Below, piece after piece: positions 62,001-64,000 of a stretch of DNA of 64,000 nt. The number at the start of each line of letters is the position of its first letter. The stretch's first letter is position 1. A model generated the notes under the pieces. That model did no database searches. It saw nothing but the letters and a program-made list of their open reading frames with translations, and was not told where the DNA came from. Both the position numbers and the translations under genes were made by a program. Source of the DNA: Callorhinchus milii (taxonomy: Eukaryota); assembly GCF_018977255.1 (NCBI RefSeq), contig NW_024704743.1:50532001-50596000 (forward strand). Reading direction: 5' to 3'.

Positions 62001-63449
62001 CCAGTCCCTGAGCCAAGCAGCTCCATAGTATGCTAAGGCACTGCTGTCGACAGCCCAGCCAGTCTGGCTCATCGGCAGGACTTGGAAGAGTAGGCTAGTT
62101 GTCTCCTGTTAGCCCTGCAAGACTATGCCCTAACAGGTAGTGTGTCCTAACTAGACAAGCAGAAGAAAGCTTTCAATGGCAAACTGTATGGTTTTGGCTG
62201 GTTAAACTACAGTAGTACCTGAACACACACTCTGGGTTCCCCAAGTCTTGATGCTTGGCAACCTGCATCTAATACTCTTTTGAATTAGGTAAGCAAGATA
62301 AGTACCTCCAGGGAGAGAGTGCGCATTCCCTTCCCTAACTTCCTCCTCGCTTGGCTTCCAACTCCACTGTGAAGCACTCAGAGATGTTAACCTACATGAT
62401 GGGCTCTATATAAATGCAAGTTGTCATTGTAGATCATTTTACTTGAGATGACAGGAAGAATGCAAGTTCGCCCAGTAAAAGCAACAGTGAAATTGCACTA
62501 TAAACTGAATTCAACAAATGCCAAACACTGCATTTTAGAGTTGCAATATTTGGCATTTGTTGAATTCAGTTTTTATTTCAAATCCCGTTTTCTGTAGTTC
62601 TTAAAAGATACTTACAGAAAACCGGCTTCAAAATTAAAGACCAATTAAGAATTTGACAAATTCTGGATGGTCTGAAATGCTGCACTAACAGAGTAATTCT
62701 AAATCCAGGTAGAATTTTATCCCACAAGTGTCCAAGTTCCTAAATTCTCTCCAGTGATCTTTGCTGGAAAAAATTGGGTCTTTGTAACAATTAAATCAGG
62801 ATTACATATTTAATCCTTTATCCTCCCAAGGGCAATTAAGACAATAATAAAGCCTCGAGAAAAATGCAATTTGCTATAAAGTGGAGTCCGGTAGCAAATT
62901 GGTTAGAGCACTCGCTTCACAAGCGAGAGGAACTGGGTTTGATTCCATACTCCTTAAGTTTCCTTATTCCACATGCTTCTGTTTACCTAGCAGTAAGTAG
63001 GAACTCTGTTGTTAATCGATTGGCAGATCCCTTTCTGGGGTTAATAATTTCTCCCCCACCGTTAAATAAATAAGTCACCTGGTTACTCAATGCACGACTG
63101 TTTGTGGGGTATTGCTGTGTGAAATTGGCTGCTACATTCCATCCTCAAAATATACAGTCAATTAACTAATTATAATATATTCTGTGAAGCTCTTTGAGAT
63201 GTCTCAATGATGTGATATGGCGCTATATCAAATGCAAGGATTATTATTATATTATTATAAACACCAAAGCGAAAGTTCAGTAGCATTCCTCTTGCCTTTT
63301 TAAAATCCAGCCGACAAAGTTTGGCCTTTTCCCCAAACTGCCACTTGCACTGACTGTCAGCATCGTAGAGCTCTCCTGGCAGCTTGTCTGGGTATTTGTA
63401 CTCCTTCACAGGTTTCGGTTCATCAGCAAGACAAGTTGCTTGTGAAGTG
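10927..63449 (-). CDS. ADAMTS16: ADAMTS16 metalloprotease, 5'-partial; 14 exons joined (about 741 aa)
   Basis: Manual splicing keeps one open frame over 2227 nt with matching intron phases. Peptides such as [33 protein letters not shown] and [34 protein letters not shown] match ADAMTS16 as I recall it; ADAMTS18 is the closest paralogue but fits less well. The propeptide and catalytic exons lie beyond the window end. Confidence 0.93.
11733..11880 (-). CDS. ADAMTS16: ADAMTS16 exon (148 nt): last [19 protein letters not shown]...NFCPVPEKK
   Basis: Boundaries tttgcag|TGT and AAAG|gtaaaa. Confidence 0.95.
12440..12735 (+). mobile_element. Ancient SINE (AmnSINE2-like)
   Basis: gtctgtgctaaattagctg...ggaaaatcagccaggatcctgctcctgatcgc...gaggacag-like...gctgtga; homologous copies elsewhere in the window; family name from recall. 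Confidence 0.55.
14640..14998 (+). mobile_element. L2 3' fragment, older
   Basis: cacctccctacctctccgacctcct...ctctggaac...(GTT)n. Confidence 0.75.
15196..15420 (-). CDS. ADAMTS16: ADAMTS16 exon (225 nt): [15 protein letters not shown]...WYASPWSQ
   Basis: Boundaries tttccag|TGT and CAG|gtaaga; phase 0-0. Confidence 0.95.
15860..16009. repeat. Nested inverted repeat (150-nt foldback), CpG-rich
   Basis: 15860-15888 vs 15981-16009 are 26/29 complementary; 15906-15923 vs 15955-15972 are 16/18. Confidence 0.9.
16984..17178 (-). CDS. ADAMTS16: ADAMTS16 exon (195 nt): [15 protein letters not shown]...[11 protein letters not shown]
   Basis: Boundaries tgtccag|TGT and GAG|gtacag; phase 0-0. Confidence 0.95.
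19064..19268 (-). CDS. ADAMTS16: ADAMTS16 exon (205 nt): [19 protein letters not shown]...[12 protein letters not shown]
   Basis: Boundaries tctacag|C and GAG|gtgtgt; the correct frame is not the one shown in the ORF track. Confidence 0.94.
20142..20463 (-). mobile_element. tRNA-headed Deu-type SINE, young short variant
   Basis: Near-identical to the copies at 51606 and 54438; (ATT)n tail. Confidence 0.92.
22012..22328 (+). mobile_element. tRNA-headed Deu-type SINE, short variant
   Basis: Same head, body and tail as the other copies. Confidence 0.9.
23292..23326. repeat. Imperfect (CA)n microsatellite
   Basis: Read directly from the sequence. Confidence 0.8.
24405..24870 (-). mobile_element. 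Older DeuSINE (SacSINE1-like), diverged
   Basis: cagcacctctgaccatacagcactcctccagcactgtattggag block; homologous to the 54165 and 56735 copies. Confidence 0.6.
25165..25460 (+). mobile_element. Ancient SINE (AmnSINE2-like)
   Basis: tgaggacagattggtctcagctgtgatgcc...gacactcactgt...gagtcagtgccttc, shared with the 12440 and 37800 copies. Confidence 0.55.
26975..28088 (+). mobile_element. Deu-type SINE split by an L2 insertion (SINE parts 26975-26987 and 27784-28088)
   Basis: The head reads GGAGTCCTGCAAC|TCAGTGGTTAGAGC once the L2 and one TGCAAC copy are removed. Confidence 0.88.
26988..27777 (-). mobile_element. L2-clade LINE, 5'-truncated (family 1)
   Basis: [34 protein letters not shown]; (GTT)n tail; TSD TGCAAC. 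Confidence 0.93.
28980..29106 (-). CDS. ADAMTS16: ADAMTS16 exon (127 nt): [42 protein letters not shown]
   Basis: Boundaries ctattag|GT and GCCAG|gtaaga. Confidence 0.95.
30503..30524. repeat. (AT)n microsatellite
   Basis: Read directly from the sequence. Confidence 0.9.
31877..33372 (+). mobile_element. L2-clade LINE (family 1) with large internal deletions
   Basis: [29 protein letters not shown] jumps directly at about 32641 to the [19 protein letters not shown] region; intact 3' tail. Confidence 0.88.
33375..34166 (+). mobile_element. L2-clade LINE, 5'-truncated (family 2)
   Basis: [12 protein letters not shown]...[12 protein letters not shown]...[11 protein letters not shown]...[15 protein letters not shown]; distinct stem-loop and (GTT)n tail. 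Confidence 0.92.
37800..38165 (+). mobile_element. Ancient SINE (AmnSINE2-like)
   Basis: cctggtctgtgctgagt...ggggcagtagtaggg...gaggacaaaatcaggtttggctgtgatgcc. Confidence 0.55.
38876..40100 (-). mobile_element. CR1-clade LINE, 5'-truncated and degenerate
   Basis: [18 protein letters not shown]...[15 protein letters not shown]...[10 protein letters not shown] (CR1 ORF2 C-terminus), with frameshifts and an internal deletion. Confidence 0.92.
41773..41911 (-). CDS. ADAMTS16: ADAMTS16 exon (139 nt): end of spacer / TSR start, [14 protein letters not shown]...ECSVSCGG
   Basis: Boundaries tacccag|ATT and GGAG|gtaatg. Confidence 0.95.
43017..43125 (+). mobile_element. 3' fragment of the Deu-type SINE
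   Basis: aaatatacagtcaattcactttacag...gcaaggattattatt; similar fragments occur near 12090, 13070, 19730, 25780, 29140, 40810, 52590, 59480 and 59670. Confidence 0.8.
45597..45841 (-). CDS. ADAMTS16: ADAMTS16 exon (245 nt): spacer domain, [16 protein letters not shown]...[10 protein letters not shown]
   Basis: Boundaries ctttcag|AA and GAG|gtaata; overlaps ORF 45540..45794. Confidence 0.95.
46332..46455 (-). CDS. ADAMTS16: ADAMTS16 exon (124 nt): [41 protein letters not shown]
   Basis: Boundaries ctcacag|GCT and AACC|gtacgt. Confidence 0.95.
47531..47661 (-). CDS. ADAMTS16: ADAMTS16 exon (131 nt): Cys-rich, DHDLCKLYC...VCIDGLCE
   Basis: Boundaries tttttag|AC and GAG|gtaaag; lies within ORF 47372..47686. 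Confidence 0.95.
48005..48455 (+). mobile_element. Ancient SINE (AmnSINE2-like), interrupted by a short L2-type 3' tail (about 48063-48190)
   Basis: ttagctgat...|...ctaatctcaatcaggg...caggatcaggctatggtgtcat...cagtcgaacagcctg. Confidence 0.45.
48497..48669 (-). CDS. ADAMTS16: ADAMTS16 exon (173 nt): end of TSR1 / Cys-rich, [10 protein letters not shown]...WKPYTRVE
   Basis: Boundaries caaacag|G and GAGG|gtaaat; phases 2 and 1 match the neighbours. Confidence 0.95.
49005..49655 (-). mobile_element. Two tandem L2 3' fragments (about 49005-49330 and 49420-49655)
   Basis: Both contain ggagtt(t/c)cagag(a/g)gtgggggcagagtgg and cttgaaggaggcaaggga. Confidence 0.78.
51350..52066 (+). mobile_element. 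Older DeuSINE interrupted by a young SINE
   Basis: gggacatt|gttgagcacaaa is continuous across the insertion. Confidence 0.65.
51606..51932 (-). mobile_element. tRNA-headed Deu-type SINE, young, nested in an older SINE
   Basis: Full length; short ACATT duplication at the flanks. Confidence 0.92.
52728..53055 (+). mobile_element. L2 3' fragment
   Basis: Reverse-complement homologue of 49005-49330, with the tail gtcctcccgacgtgaaaggcac. Confidence 0.8.
54165..54815 (-). mobile_element. Older DeuSINE interrupted by a young SINE
   Basis: ctccctcagtactg|cactggag is continuous across the insertion. Confidence 0.68.
54438..54748 (+). mobile_element. tRNA(Ala)-like-headed Deu-type SINE, young, nested in an older SINE
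   Basis: A box TAGCTCAGTGG, anticodon-like loop TTTGCAA, B box GTTCAATTCC; TSD TACTG (54433-54437 and 54748-54752). Confidence 0.93.
56735..57162 (-). mobile_element. Older DeuSINE, diverged
   Basis: Tail, Deu-like body and head (cccacaaccttctgac...gctaccaattgagcca) are recognisable. Confidence 0.62.
57373..57521 (-). CDS. ADAMTS16: ADAMTS16 exon (149 nt): TSR1 start, [49 protein letters not shown]
   Basis: Boundaries gatctag|TGG and CCAAG|gtaaaa; WxxWxxW and [11 protein letters not shown] motifs. Confidence 0.95.
58801..58900. repeat. Degenerate minisatellite (ataaatgcagtgtga(g)a-type unit, about 22 nt)
   Basis: ATAAATG recurs at 58801, 58824, 58847 and 58886. Confidence 0.65.
61455..61550 (-). 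CDS. ADAMTS16: ADAMTS16 exon (96 nt): [32 protein letters not shown]
   Basis: Boundaries tgtcttag|GAC and AGG|gtaaga; not in the ORF track, translated by hand. Confidence 0.95.
62499..62575. repeat. Inverted repeat with perfect 24-bp arms
   Basis: 62502-62525 aaactgaattcaacaaatgccaaa is the exact reverse complement of 62549-62572. Confidence 0.95.
62882..63257 (+). mobile_element. tRNA-headed Deu-type SINE, long diverged variant
   Basis: Carries the same extra block (ctgtttacctagcagtaagtaggaac...) as the 3044 copy. Confidence 0.85.
63296..63449 (-). CDS. ADAMTS16: ADAMTS16 exon (154 nt): end of catalytic / start of disintegrin-like domain, [12 protein letters not shown]...LCRLDFKK
   Basis: Acceptor ttccacag|C; non-canonical donor AAG|gcaaga; joins the next exon in phase 0. 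Confidence 0.92.
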
Positions 63450-64000
63450 CTGTGGAACAAAGTGGTTTCAAGAGATTGAGTGCAGTAATAACTGATGTTT
63501 ACACAGTAAAATACCTTTCACTGGTATGTTAGATATTAAAAAGCACAATTCATTTTCAGCTGACTAAAGTCATGAGTAGCAATGTTTTTCAAACAGATGT
63601 AAATGGTTGTGTACCAGGTTGTACATGCTTTGGAAAAGCATGGCATTTGCACACTTGTCTCTCATTTTCAAACTAGCAGGAATGTAACTGATTCAATTCA
63701 TCCTTCCTCCAAACCTTTCTTCATACAGGTATACTGTATTAAGCAATCATACTGTATAATCATCCTCTATACAAGATCAATTGGCAGATCCCTTTCTTGG
63801 GTTAATAATTTCTCCCCCACTGTAAAATAAATAATAGTAACCTGGTTACTCAATCCACGACTGTTTGTGGGGCATTGCTGTGTGAAATTGGCTGCCACAT
63901 TTCATCCTCAAACTATACAGTCAATTAACTAATTATAATATATTCTGTGAAGCAAAAATAAATAAAATAATAATAATTTGAGCGCTCAATCCACAACTGT

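Noticed and set aside
10927..63449. Alternative assignment as ADAMTS18
   Set aside because: Diagnostic stretches ([27 protein letters not shown]-terminal CSKSN) fit ADAMTS16 as I recall it; a reciprocal BLAST would confirm.

Overview
Vertebrate genomic DNA. The repeat content (tRNA-headed Deu-type SINEs, L2 and CR1 LINEs) points to a cartilaginous fish, probably a chimaera such as Callorhinchus; this is an inference. The window holds the 3' part of an ADAMTS16 orthologue on the minus strand: 14 coding exons (63449 down to the stop at 10927) that splice in frame to about 741 aa. These encode the disintegrin-like, TSR1, Cys-rich, spacer, C-terminal TSR and PLAC regions, followed by an AU-rich 3' UTR and about 9 kb of repeat-rich downstream DNA. 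Apart from the exons, the ORF track contains only LINE fragments and chance ORFs. The main observations are: a GC-AG intron; a near-perfect ~75-nt hairpin in that same intron; a CpG-rich intronic element (about 15790-16035) with a 150-nt foldback and a periodic motif; inverted L2 copies bracketing one frameshifting exon; a SINE/L2 pair sharing a covarying 3' stem-loop, with nested insertions in both directions; a promoter-like cassette abutting an RT-deleted L2; and a local duplication flanking an exon. I found no convincing novel protein-coding system, so the best candidates for new biology are non-coding.
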